Shown in pieces: positions 1 through 9,156 of a stretch of DNA of 64,000 nt. The position numbers and the translations under genes are program-made. Under the pieces are notes generated by a model, which was given only the letters and a program-made list of their open reading frames with translations, made no database searches and had not been told where the DNA came from. This DNA comes from a virus: the IMG/VR virus record IMGVR_UViG_3300003267_000287, positions 1 to 64,000 of that record; one strand, given 5' to 3'. Position 1 is the stretch's first letter. Each line of letters begins with the position of its first letter.

Positions 1-110
1 CGGGCCTGCTCGACGCCTCGATCAATGCGTCGAACACCGACGCGATCAAGACCTCGGGCAACTTCCGCGCCTCGGGTAACTGGACCGTCTTCTCGAACGG
101 GTCGCTCTAA
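1..110 (+). CDS. C-terminal fragment, probable major tail (tube) protein
   Basis: Frame from nt 3 reads GLLDASINASNTDAIKTSGNFRASGNWTVFSNGSL-stop; upstream of chaperone and tape measure genes. Confidence 0.55.
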   Translation, partial: GLLDASINASNTDAIKTSGNFRASGNWTVFSNGSL

Positions 111-124
111 GCCCATCCCGTTCT

Positions 125-157
125 GGGGGACTCCGGTGACCCTCCCCGGGGTCCCCC
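125..157 (+). terminator. GC-rich hairpin after tail tube gene
   Basis: GGGGGACTCCGG-9 nt-CCGGGGTCCCCC 12-bp stem; no U-tract. Confidence 0.55.
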
Positions 158-186
158 GCCACCTTGCCTCCGTCTAGGAGAAGGAT

Positions 187-525
187 GTGCCAAGCATCTT
201 CAAGCGAATCGAAGGCCGCCACGGAGACGTGGCGGTCCCGTCCATCGGTCTCAAGATCGGGACGATGGAGTACTGGTCACTGACGCGGCGCGAAGACACC
301 CCCTCGGGAGTCGAGGAGTGGGATCTTCGCGCCGTGTTTTCGTTCATCAACGCCTTCTCGTTCGAACGACGGGCAGCGGACCGCGTCGTCCGCCTGTGGC
401 TCGGTGACCCGAAACGAGGAGGAACACAGTTCAGGCTCACCACGGCGAACGGGAGAACGGTCCTCGATGGCCGGAGCCTTCTGATGGAAAGGACAACTCT
501 GTGGCCGCTCGACAAACCGCACTGA
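187..525 (+). CDS. hypothetical tail-module protein
   Basis: 112 aa, AGGAGAAGGA upstream of GTG. Confidence 0.7.
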   Translation: MPSIFKRIEGRHGDVAVPSIGLKIGTMEYWSLTRREDTPSGVEEWDLRAVFSFINAFSFERRAADRVVRLWLGDPKRGGTQFRLTTANGRTVLDGRSLLMERTTLWPLDKPH

Positions 526-857
526 CCACGCTCTTCCAGGAAGAGTCCATCACCCTCCGCGGGATCGACTTCAAGTTCCGCGAGATCACCGGCACCCAGT
601 ACGAGGAGTGCATCCGTGAGGCCGAGGGGCCAGACGGATCGGCCGATCTGTCGACCGTGTTGCGGTTGATGATCCCGCTCTCGCTCCTCGAGCCCAAGTG
701 GGATGTTGAGAAGATCTACGAGCTCCCACTCCCGATGGTGACCGCCATCCAGGGTGTCGTGAACCGCCTCCACTTCAAGAACGAGCCGACCAAGTCGGCC
801 GATCCTGAGAAGGAGTCGGACGAGGCAAAAAACGACTCGGAGCCGCAGACCTCCTAG
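501..857 (+). CDS. tail assembly chaperone (gpG-like)
   Basis: Upstream of tape measure gene; slippery A_AAA_AAC at 827-833. Confidence 0.75.
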   Translation: MAARQTALTTLFQEESITLRGIDFKFREITGTQYEECIREAEGPDGSADLSTVLRLMIPLSLLEPKWDVEKIYELPLPMVTAIQGVVNRLHFKNEPTKSADPEKESDEAKNDSEPQTS

Positions 858-1096
858 TTCTGGAGATTTGTCGGCTCTTCCCGGCCTACAAGCCGCATGA
901 GGTCGCGGCGCTCCCGAAGCACTACTTCGATGCGCTGCGCGACTACTACTTCATGGTCCACCCGCCCAAGGAGCAGGACGAACTGAGCGAGATCGGCCAG
1001 GGTCGAGACATCGATTTCGACAAGCTGACCGCCGCCCAGCGTTCGCACTTCGGGGAAAAGTGGAGCCGAACCACCGAGAAAGGTGAGTCGGTCTGA
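827..1096 (+). CDS. -1 frameshift extension of tail chaperone (gpGT-like)
   Basis: -1 frame open from the slippery site (KRLGAADLLVLEICRLFPAYKPHEV...) to TGA 1094-1096, 9 nt before the TMP ATG. Confidence 0.75.
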   Translation, partial: KKRLGAADLLVLEICRLFPAYKPHEVAALPKHYFDALRDYYFMVHPPKEQDELSEIGQGRDIDFDKLTAAQRSHFGEKWSRTTEKGESV

Positions 1097-1105
1097 GGAC
1101 TTCCG

Positions 1106-4100
1106 ATGGCAGCTGAAGATCTCGGAACGCTTCAGATTGGTCTACGAGCGGATCTGTCCGGCCTCGACAGCGATCTCAAGATCGCTGAGCAGAAGGTCCG
1201 TGGCTTCAAGATCCCGGAGCGGGAGATCCCAATCCGGGTTCGGATCAGCACGCCCACCGAAGACGCCATCAAGAAGGCCCAGCAGAAGATCGACCAGGCC
1301 CTCACCAAGGCCCAGAAGTTGGGGGTCGAGCTCACCCCGACGCTCACCGTCAAGAACGTCAAGATCGGCGAGTTCCGCAACGCCGTCCAGTCGCAGCTTG
1401 ACAAGCAGGATCCGGTCAAGGTCCCGGTCTCAGCCGACGTCGATGGACGTGCCCTCCGTGACCAGATCCTGGGTGAACTCGGGGTCGTCGACATCCCCCT
1501 GACCTGGCACTGGCAGGGTGAGCCACCGCCTGGCGGTGGTCCGTTCAGCGTCGGGATCGTCCCGCCTGGTGGCGAAGGTGGGGGTGGCGTTGGGCCCACG
1601 GCTCCCCCACGCCCATCAACAGGCGGCACCGGTGGCACCAAGGCCACGCCCCGCAAGCAGGATACCGGTCCGATCGCCGGAGTGGCGGCGACCCCTGCGA
1701 AGTCCGAACCGAAGCGCGCCAAGGCCCGTGAGGCCGCGGTCGTCGCCCGTCCAGGCGCCGAGGTCCGCAGCTCCGACACCTACGAGACCGAGGAGCCGCC
1801 GACCGTCGCCGCAGCCCCCGTCAGCGCGGTCGGGGCCAAGATCAATCCGCCCAAGGTCCGCGGCGCCGAGACACGATCTTCCGATACCTACGAGGTTCAG
1901 GAGGAGCCACCGAGTCCCAAGCCCACGGTCGTCGCTGCGCCGACGCCTGCCGCTGGTGGCGCCCGGATCAACGTCCCGAAGGTCATCACCCGCACGCCAG
2001 CGGGTGAGGCGGCGCCTGGCGCGACCGAAGAGGAGCGCGTCCAGAACCGGGTGAGCCAGGCGGTCGTCCAGGCCCAGCGCGGTCGCTTCGCAGGCATTCA
2101 GGACCTGATCAAGATGGGCCTGAACCTGGGGATCGGCGGGACGGGCGACGTCAGTGTCAAGAAGAAGAGCGTCCTGGCCAAGCACCTCGAGGGCAAGCCG
2201 CCCGAGGTGCTCGATGCGATCCAGGCCGCCGTCCGGCTGTATCGCTCGAACCCTGAGTACGACGAGAGCCGCCCGGCCTTCACTGGCCGTGATCTCCGGC
2301 TGGCTGGTGAGCTGCCCAACCCGCAGAGCCCGCAGGCCGTCCGCCGCATCCGCGAGCAGATCCAGACCGAGCTGCGCGAGCGCCAGGTCGAGTTCCGCAA
2401 GCGCCCCGACGTCAAGGCGCTCCGCGCGGCACTCAAGGAGCAGGGTCTCGACGCGCTCCTCCAGAACACGACCCAGAACGAGGACGAGCGCCAGCGGTTC
2501 CTGGGCTTCTCCGACATTCAGGAGCTGATCAAGACCAATCCGGTCCAGGCCCGCGAGGAGACGGTCAAGCTGCTGACCGGTCTGTTCGCGCAGTACCCGA
2601 AGATCGCGCCGGTCCTATTCCCCTCGAAGAAGCGTCGGATCAAGACGATCGAGCCGACGATCCGGAACGAGGCGGGCGAAGAGGTCCCGAACCCGAAGTA
2701 CGACCCGGGCATCGAGGCGACGGCTGCGGCCCTCCACTCGATCTTCGGCGAGCTCTCCCGGGTTGGTCTGCCGATCCGCGACAAGCAGGAGAAGGAGAAC
2801 CGACGCCAGGATCTGGCGGCGCGCTCCGAGCGCCCACAGGAGGCGCCACCGAAGGGTGCGGCGGAGGCCGCGGCAGAGAAGAACGCCCGTGAGCAGACCG
2901 CGTTCGATCTCACCCGCAAGGGCCTCTCTCGCGCGCGCGTGCCAGAGGAGCTCGCTCCGAAGCCGATCGACTTCTCGGCGGCCGACGCCGCTCGTGACGC
3001 AGAGATCGAGGCCATCCGCCGTGAGACGGTTGAGCGCTTCAATCCGATCACGAAGACGACGGAGACGGTCCGCCCGTTCGCGTCGCTCGAGCTGGCGGCT
3101 CCGGAGTACCAGCGCCGCTACCCGTCGTCGCCGATCAATACCGTCAATCAGGATCTTCAGGCAGAGCTCCTGCGCAAGCGCACCCCGGCGCCGCAGCCGA
3201 CAGTCTTCCCGAAGATCCGCTACATCCCGAACTCGAAGTTCGGTGGCCCGCCGCTGGGCCTCACCGATCTGACGAAGCGCGCCTCGGGCGGCCAGGTCGA
3301 GGGCGAAGGACGTCGGTTCCACCCGGGCGCGATGCGCCTGCCGACCGGACTCGCGCCGTTGACGTTCCGCCCTGCCGAGAAGGGCCTGGAAAAGGGCAAG
3401 GTCCGGATCGGGACGGACATGACGAGCCCGTTCTGGCATCACGATGCCCAGACCGGTGCGGACCTCGAGCTGCACGACCGGATCACGAGCCCAGCGGCTC
3501 GGTACGACTTCGAGCTCGAGATGGGCCTCCGCCACGGTCGGTCCATCCCGTGGGGCGACCAGGACGCGGACGCTGTCGTTGCTCGCGAGATGAAGGCCAG
3601 TGACATCCTGCCGTTCTCGAGGCGCGCCGCTGGCGGACCGGTCCCCGGCGGCCTCATGGACCGGATTGCCAAGGCGAAGCTGAAGGACCCAGTCCTCGTC
3701 GGTGAGGTCCGACCCGAGACGTACATCAGCCACAGCGGCCACGTCGAGATCGTCGGTCGCGAAGGGCCCGAGGTTCGTCAGTTCCCAGAGGCCGGGAAGA
3801 TCCTGCCGAACGTCCCCGAGTGGGTCCGGCGGATGGACAAGAACGCCAAGGACATGACCCGCCGGGCGCCCGGCGGTCCAGTCCGTGGCTTCGGTGGTAA
3901 GGCGTTCCGCTCGTTCGTTCCCGGTGAGAAGGAAGCGATCGAGAAGGGCGTCCTGACGGCCGCTACGTCTCCGAACGTTCAGCGTGTCTTTGTTGTCAAC
4001 TGGCCGACCACACTGGGCGCTCGCTCGGTGGCCCAGGCGCCGACGGTGGCGACCGCGGCCCAGCCAGTGACCATGCCGTTCGCTCCTGGACAGGCGCCGC

Positions 4101-6979
4101 CACCCCCGGCGCCTGTCCAGGCCCAGGCGACGCCGACGAAACAGACGAAGACGACCCGTGGTACGCCCACCGAGTCATTGACTCCGGCCGAGCGGTTCAC
4201 GGCCGAGCTCGACCTCATCAATCGTCAGACAATCCGACGTTTCGACATCAAGACCCTCGAGGCGCAGCGCAGCTCGACGCTGGCCACGCTGCCGACTCGT
4301 GGTATTCAGACCGGCCTCGGCGAGATCGCCGCGACCACGCTCGGTGGTCGCGCAGGTGTCATTCAGCGAGCTCGTATCGCGCAGGGTGCGACCGAGGCCG
4401 CAGCAGCGGTTGAGCGGAAGCTGACCAAGGAGGAGGGCAAGCTCTTCGATCTCACCGCGAAGCGCGATGCCCTGCTGAAGGCGAACGCCCCCGCCAAGGA
4501 GATCGACCGCCAGAACAAGAAGATCGCGCTCCAGGCCGAGGGCGTGAAGGTCATTGCGGATCGCCTCGGTGAGCTGAAGAAGACCGCAGCTGAGTACACC
4601 AGTCAGATCGCCTCGGGCGCTGACAAGCTGCGCGTCTTCGGCACGAACACCGCGGGCATCATCGGCGGCACCGTGCTGTTCAGCGCGGCGCTCGGTGCGG
4701 CCCAGGTGGGCATCACCGGGATCGAGCACATCCTCGCACCGACGATCGAGCGCATGGGTGGCTTCGCCAACGTCGCAGCGCAGGTCACCGACGAGCTGTC
4801 GAACCAGAGTCAGGGCGCGGGCGGCGACTCCAAGTCGATCCTTGCGTTGGCTGAGGCCCAGCGTGGGCTGTCCTCGGGCATTGCCGCCACGATCAGCCCG
4901 CTCCTCGAGCAGCGGACGTCGACCGAGGAGGGCAACAAGAACCTCGCGTCCGCGATCGACCTGCTCCACACGTTCGAGGATGCCCGGCGTCGAGGTGGCC
5001 AGCAGGGCCTGTTCTCGACGACTGGTGGTCTGTTCGGAACGTTCCTCGGTGGCACCGCGTCGACCCAGGAGCTGATCAAGAACGAACTGAACGCGACCGA
5101 TGCCACCCTCGGTCAGCCGCAGTCCCAGCGTCGCCAGAAGGCGCTCGCGGCCCAGGCTGCCGGGCAGACGACGTTCGAGGACATCGCGATCACCGGGGGC
5201 GTCCGGAATATCCCGGTCAAGCGCACCTTCAACGTCGCCGATGTCCTCTCTCAGACGGCTGACGAGGTCGATGTCCTCGGCGATCGCCTCCAGTTCTTCA
5301 ATGAGGCGATTAAGAAGGGCGGCGAGAACGTCCAGTTCCTGGCGCACGCAAGCAAGGAGACCTCGGACGCCTTCGCCTCTGCCGCCGATAAGGCGGGTGT
5401 CACCGAGCTCGGGACGTTGGCCCGCGGCGCGAACAAGGTCATCCTGGTTGGCCCAGACGGCAAGACGCCGATCCTCGATGAGAAGAAGATCCGAGCGGCG
5501 GTCGAAGCGGTCAACGTCGGCGCTCAGACGCCGGATCCGGCGCTCCTTCTCAAGCAGCTTCAGAGCCGGATCATCCCGGCTCAGAACGCGGCGTTCGAGG
5601 CCGAAGCGAACCTCCAGCTCAACACCGTCCTGCCTGCCCAGCGGGCCCTGAACTTCCTGGGTGCGCCGCCGACCGCGTTCGGCGCGGGCATCGTTCAGGT
5701 CGGACAGGGAACGTCGGGTCAGCAGATCCCGACCGAGAACATCAACCTGCCCAACGGCGCAGGCGTCGACCCCGAGGCGATCCGCTCGTTCAACGAGTAC
5801 AAGTCGGTCGCGACGGCGTCGATCGATGCGGTCAAGGCGAAGGCCGAGCAGGGCAAGCAGGCGCTCGCCCAGCTGGGTGTGCCGCCGACGCTGATCGCCG
5901 AGCTGTCGGGCCTCGGTCAGCAGATCGAGAGCATTCAGACCGGCATCGCCAACCGGAACGCGTCGCTGGCGGCTGCTCAGTACAACCACCAGCTGTTCAT
6001 CCTGAACCGGAACCTCCAGGACGCCCTCGCCCTCGCGGGCAAGCGGGCGTCGAAGGAAGGTGAGCTGGGCAAGCTCCAGCGTGAGCAGTTCGAGCTCTCG
6101 AAGCAGCAGACGGCCCTCCAGCGTGAGAGCCAGGCCCTGTCGCTCAATCTGACCCAGCGCCAGATCAACTTCCAGCGTGCGGTCGCGGGCTTCGTCGCCC
6201 CAGGCACCACGCCCGAGGAGCGGGCGGCCCGGATCGAGGAAGCCAAGATCGAGGCCGACTACGCCCAAAAGCAGCTCGACATTCAGAAGAAGCTGTTCGG
6301 GCTGTCGGGTCGTGAGTTTACGATCAGCGTCAAGCTGTTCGACGAGAGCGCCAAGCGTCAGGTCCAGGACTTGCGCTACGCGATCGCCGACCTCACGACC
6401 AGCCACAAGGTCCAGCTCGAGAACGCCGCTGCCCTCGAGGCGATCGATGCGATCAAGGCCCATGAGGCCGAGGTCAGCGCTGAGATCGGCGTCGCGATCG
6501 ACAAGTCGGTCAAGAAGGCGTCGGCGGCGATCAGCACCGCGCTCGACATCACGACCAAGACCGGCGAGGCGTTCAACGACATCCTGCGCCAGACGGCCAC
6601 CGCCTGGGGCACATTCGTGTCACAGGGCGTCAGCGTTGCCAACGCGCTGGCTGGAGCTGGTCCAGCTGGTGGCGGGCGCTCGCGATCGATCCCCAACGCG
6701 AGTGGCGCCTACTTCAATACCACCAAGAAGCTGAACCTCACCGTTGGCGAGGCTGGAACCGAGACCGTTGCGATCCTGCGCAACCCGCGGTCACTCACCG
6801 TTCCCGTCCCGACCGCGAGCGGTGGCGGGTTCGGGGCGCCGCCCCAGATCACGATCATCGTGACCGGCAACAAGATCAGCGACCAGGCTGATGAGGCCGC
6901 CCTCGCGCAGCGGATCTCGGACAAGGTCGAGGAGACCTTCATGCGCAAGACATCCCTGTTCGGCCTGCGGAGGGCTTGA
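1106..6979 (+). CDS. tape measure protein
   Basis: 1957 aa, Ala/Gln-rich helical; N-term LGTLQIGLRADL; C-term VGEAGTE and ITIIVTGN motifs; synteny. Confidence 0.85.
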   Translation: MAAEDLGTLQIGLRADLSGLDSDLKIAEQKVRGFKIPEREIPIRVRISTPTEDAIKKAQQKIDQALTKAQKLGVELTPTLTVKNVKIGEFRNAVQSQLDKQDPVKVPVSADVDGRALRDQILGELGVVDIPLTWHWQGEPPPGGGPFSVGIVPPGGEGGGGVGPTAPPRPSTGGTGGTKATPRKQDTGPIAGVAATPAKSEPKRAKAREAAVVARPGAEVRSSDTYETEEPPTVAAAPVSAVGAKINPPKVRGAETRSSDTYEVQEEPPSPKPTVVAAPTPAAGGARINVPKVITRTPAGEAAPGATEEERVQNRVSQAVVQAQRGRFAGIQDLIKMGLNLGIGGTGDVSVKKKSVLAKHLEGKPPEVLDAIQAAVRLYRSNPEYDESRPAFTGRDLRLAGELPNPQSPQAVRRIREQIQTELRERQVEFRKRPDVKALRAALKEQGLDALLQNTTQNEDERQRFLGFSDIQELIKTNPVQAREETVKLLTGLFAQYPKIAPVLFPSKKRRIKTIEPTIRNEAGEEVPNPKYDPGIEATAAALHSIFGELSRVGLPIRDKQEKENRRQDLAARSERPQEAPPKGAAEAAAEKNAREQTAFDLTRKGLSRARVPEELAPKPIDFSAADAARDAEIEAIRRETVERFNPITKTTETVRPFASLELAAPEYQRRYPSSPINTVNQDLQAELLRKRTPAPQPTVFPKIRYIPNSKFGGPPLGLTDLTKRASGGQVEGEGRRFHPGAMRLPTGLAPLTFRPAEKGLEKGKVRIGTDMTSPFWHHDAQTGADLELHDRITSPAARYDFELEMGLRHGRSIPWGDQDADAVVAREMKASDILPFSRRAAGGPVPGGLMDRIAKAKLKDPVLVGEVRPETYISHSGHVEIVGREGPEVRQFPEAGKILPNVPEWVRRMDKNAKDMTRRAPGGPVRGFGGKAFRSFVPGEKEAIEKGVLTAATSPNVQRVFVVNWPTTLGARSVAQAPTVATAAQPVTMPFAPGQAPPPPAPVQAQATPTKQTKTTRGTPTESLTPAERFTAELDLINRQTIRRFDIKTLEAQRSSTLATLPTRGIQTGLGEIAATTLGGRAGVIQRARIAQGATEAAAAVERKLTKEEGKLFDLTAKRDALLKANAPAKEIDRQNKKIALQAEGVKVIADRLGELKKTAAEYTSQIASGADKLRVFGTNTAGIIGGTVLFSAALGAAQVGITGIEHILAPTIERMGGFANVAAQVTDELSNQSQGAGGDSKSILALAEAQRGLSSGIAATISPLLEQRTSTEEGNKNLASAIDLLHTFEDARRRGGQQGLFSTTGGLFGTFLGGTASTQELIKNELNATDATLGQPQSQRRQKALAAQAAGQTTFEDIAITGGVRNIPVKRTFNVADVLSQTADEVDVLGDRLQFFNEAIKKGGENVQFLAHASKETSDAFASAADKAGVTELGTLARGANKVILVGPDGKTPILDEKKIRAAVEAVNVGAQTPDPALLLKQLQSRIIPAQNAAFEAEANLQLNTVLPAQRALNFLGAPPTAFGAGIVQVGQGTSGQQIPTENINLPNGAGVDPEAIRSFNEYKSVATASIDAVKAKAEQGKQALAQLGVPPTLIAELSGLGQQIESIQTGIANRNASLAAAQYNHQLFILNRNLQDALALAGKRASKEGELGKLQREQFELSKQQTALQRESQALSLNLTQRQINFQRAVAGFVAPGTTPEERAARIEEAKIEADYAQKQLDIQKKLFGLSGREFTISVKLFDESAKRQVQDLRYAIADLTTSHKVQLENAAALEAIDAIKAHEAEVSAEIGVAIDKSVKKASAAISTALDITTKTGEAFNDILRQTATAWGTFVSQGVSVANALAGAGPAGGGRSRSIPNASGAYFNTTKKLNLTVGEAGTETVAILRNPRSLTVPVPTASGGGFGAPPQITIIVTGNKISDQADEAALAQRISDKVEETFMRKTSLFGLRRA

Positions 6980-9153
6980 TGACCTCGATTACTCACGCCC
7001 ACGTCGCCACTGGGACCGATGCCGGGACCGGCGAGGTTCACAAGGCCGAGTGGAACGCCGATCACACGATCACTGGCTCGCTGCTTGGCACCGGTGGGCT
7101 AGTGCTCCTCGAACAGCACACCGCGTCCAGCTCGGCGACGCTCGACTTCGCCTCGTTCATCTCGTCCGACTACGACGACTACCTCATCGAAATGGTGAAC
7201 ATGCTCCCGGCCACCGACAACGTGACCCCGCAGCTCCGGGTCGGGACGGGTGGCGGGCCGACCTACGACTCGGGCGCGAACTACACCTGGATGATCGTCA
7301 ACCGCCCTGCTGGAGCGGTGGGCGGTAACGGATCGAGCGGCCAAACCTCGATCGCGCTGTTCGACTCGGGCGTCTCGAACTCCGAGCCCTCGTCGTGGAG
7401 CCTGCGCCTGTTCAACCCGCAGTCGACGACCGCGAACAAGCAGTTCAGTGGGACGGGCCTCGTGAACTACTTCAGCGGCCCAACGCCATTCGTGAGCCTC
7501 AACGGCGGGGTATACGTCAGCCACACCGCGGTCACGGCCCTGCGCTTCCTGTACAGCAGCGGCAACATCGCGTCGGGAACGATCCGGATCTACGGTGTCG
7601 CGAAGACGGGCGGGGTCGGGGCCTTTGGCGGCCAGGACCTCGATGTCTCGCCGAACCCGACATCCGACGATCACGAGTTCAAGAGCACCCTCTCGGGCTG
7701 GACGACGATCGGGACGCTGAACACGTCGAACGCGAACGCGACCGGCTACAAGAGCCACCTGCACATCGCGAACACCGCGACCGGAACCTTCCAGCTCCAC
7801 GGTCTGGTCCGGACGATGCCGTCGATGCCGTACACGGTGACGGCCAAGTTCAGCGATTACCACGTCAACGCGAACTACCAGCACTACGGCCTGTGCCTCT
7901 CGGACGGCACGAAGTTCATGACGTTCGGACCGCTCTGGCAGAGCTCGAACGGCATCCCCGAGATGTTCGCCTCGAACTGGTCGACCCGGACTTCGCGGTC
8001 GTCGTTCACCGAGTACGGCGAGATCAACCGGCGGGTGAAGAAGTACATCCGGATGACGGTGAACTCGTCGACCAGCGTCGACCTGTACTTCTCGCAGGAC
8101 GGGCTGATCTGGACGCAAGTCGCGAGTGGCTGGAACCCGAGCATGACCCCGACCCAGTTCGGCGTGATCATGACCGGCAACGACAACAGCGTCTCGGTCG
8201 ACCTGGCCGTCGACTGGATCAGGTTCGGCTCCGACGTCATCCAGCCCGAGTCGCTCCTCTGGCAGAACGTCGGCGGCCCGACGTCGACGATGTCCGTGCG
8301 CCTGAACTACGGCAACTCGTCGACCCCGTCCGACGTCTCCGCTGGGGCCATCACGGCGAATACGTGGCTCGACCTGTGCTCGAACCAGTCGTTCTCGATC
8401 ACCGACTCGTCCTCGATCGTCGAGCTCGCGCTCGAATCGATGATGCAGATCAAGCACAACACCGGCGGTGACAAGACGTACGAGGCACGCCTGCTCGTCG
8501 ACGGCTCGCTCGATTACCACTTCGGTGGTGACGTCCGTCAGGACACGTCCCAGTACCACGGGTTCGAGCCGAGCGGCTCGGTCAAGCTCACCGGGCTGTC
8601 GGCCGGAACGCACACCGTCAAGGCCCAGATCAAGCTGAGCTCCGCGGGCGACTACTACCTGCGCCCGTCGGCGTCTGGCGGCTTCGAATACCTGCGCATC
8701 CAGGTCACCGAGTACGCCCCGGTGGCGACTCCCCTGACGCTCGCGTCGGCCAAGTCGATGGTCTCAGCAGGGGATTACTCGATCTCGTCGACGACGTTCG
8801 CGAACGTCGACAACACGAACCTGTCCCACACCATCACGACCGGAGGGCACCGGGTCCTCGTGACCTTCACCGGCATGGTGACTCCGCCTGGGGCCAATGA
8901 CGGCCTCGCCCTCGACGTCTCGGTCGACGGTGTCCGTCAGGCATCCGCGGCGACGTTCGGGATCGTCTACGTGTACGCGGCGCTGGGTGCGATCTCCAGC
9001 AACATTAGCTTCACGTACATGACCGATGTTCTCTCTCCTGGGTCGCACACGATCGCCCTGATGGCGCGTTCGATCGCAGGTGGGGCAAACATCCTGCGTG
9101 CCAGCACCGGGCAGACGGTCGCAGCCTTCTCGGTCGCCGAGCTCGCGACCTAG
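6976..9153 (+). CDS. minor tail / receptor-binding protein, multi beta-sandwich
   Basis: 725 aa Ser/Thr/Gly-rich; lectin-like segment (YFSQDGLIWTQV...VDWIRF). Confidence 0.7.
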   Translation: MMTSITHAHVATGTDAGTGEVHKAEWNADHTITGSLLGTGGLVLLEQHTASSSATLDFASFISSDYDDYLIEMVNMLPATDNVTPQLRVGTGGGPTYDSGANYTWMIVNRPAGAVGGNGSSGQTSIALFDSGVSNSEPSSWSLRLFNPQSTTANKQFSGTGLVNYFSGPTPFVSLNGGVYVSHTAVTALRFLYSSGNIASGTIRIYGVAKTGGVGAFGGQDLDVSPNPTSDDHEFKSTLSGWTTIGTLNTSNANATGYKSHLHIANTATGTFQLHGLVRTMPSMPYTVTAKFSDYHVNANYQHYGLCLSDGTKFMTFGPLWQSSNGIPEMFASNWSTRTSRSSFTEYGEINRRVKKYIRMTVNSSTSVDLYFSQDGLIWTQVASGWNPSMTPTQFGVIMTGNDNSVSVDLAVDWIRFGSDVIQPESLLWQNVGGPTSTMSVRLNYGNSSTPSDVSAGAITANTWLDLCSNQSFSITDSSSIVELALESMMQIKHNTGGDKTYEARLLVDGSLDYHFGGDVRQDTSQYHGFEPSGSVKLTGLSAGTHTVKAQIKLSSAGDYYLRPSASGGFEYLRIQVTEYAPVATPLTLASAKSMVSAGDYSISSTTFANVDNTNLSHTITTGGHRVLVTFTGMVTPPGANDGLALDVSVDGVRQASAATFGIVYVYAALGAISSNISFTYMTDVLSPGSHTIALMARSIAGGANILRASTGQTVAAFSVAELAT

Positions 9154-9156
9154 CCC

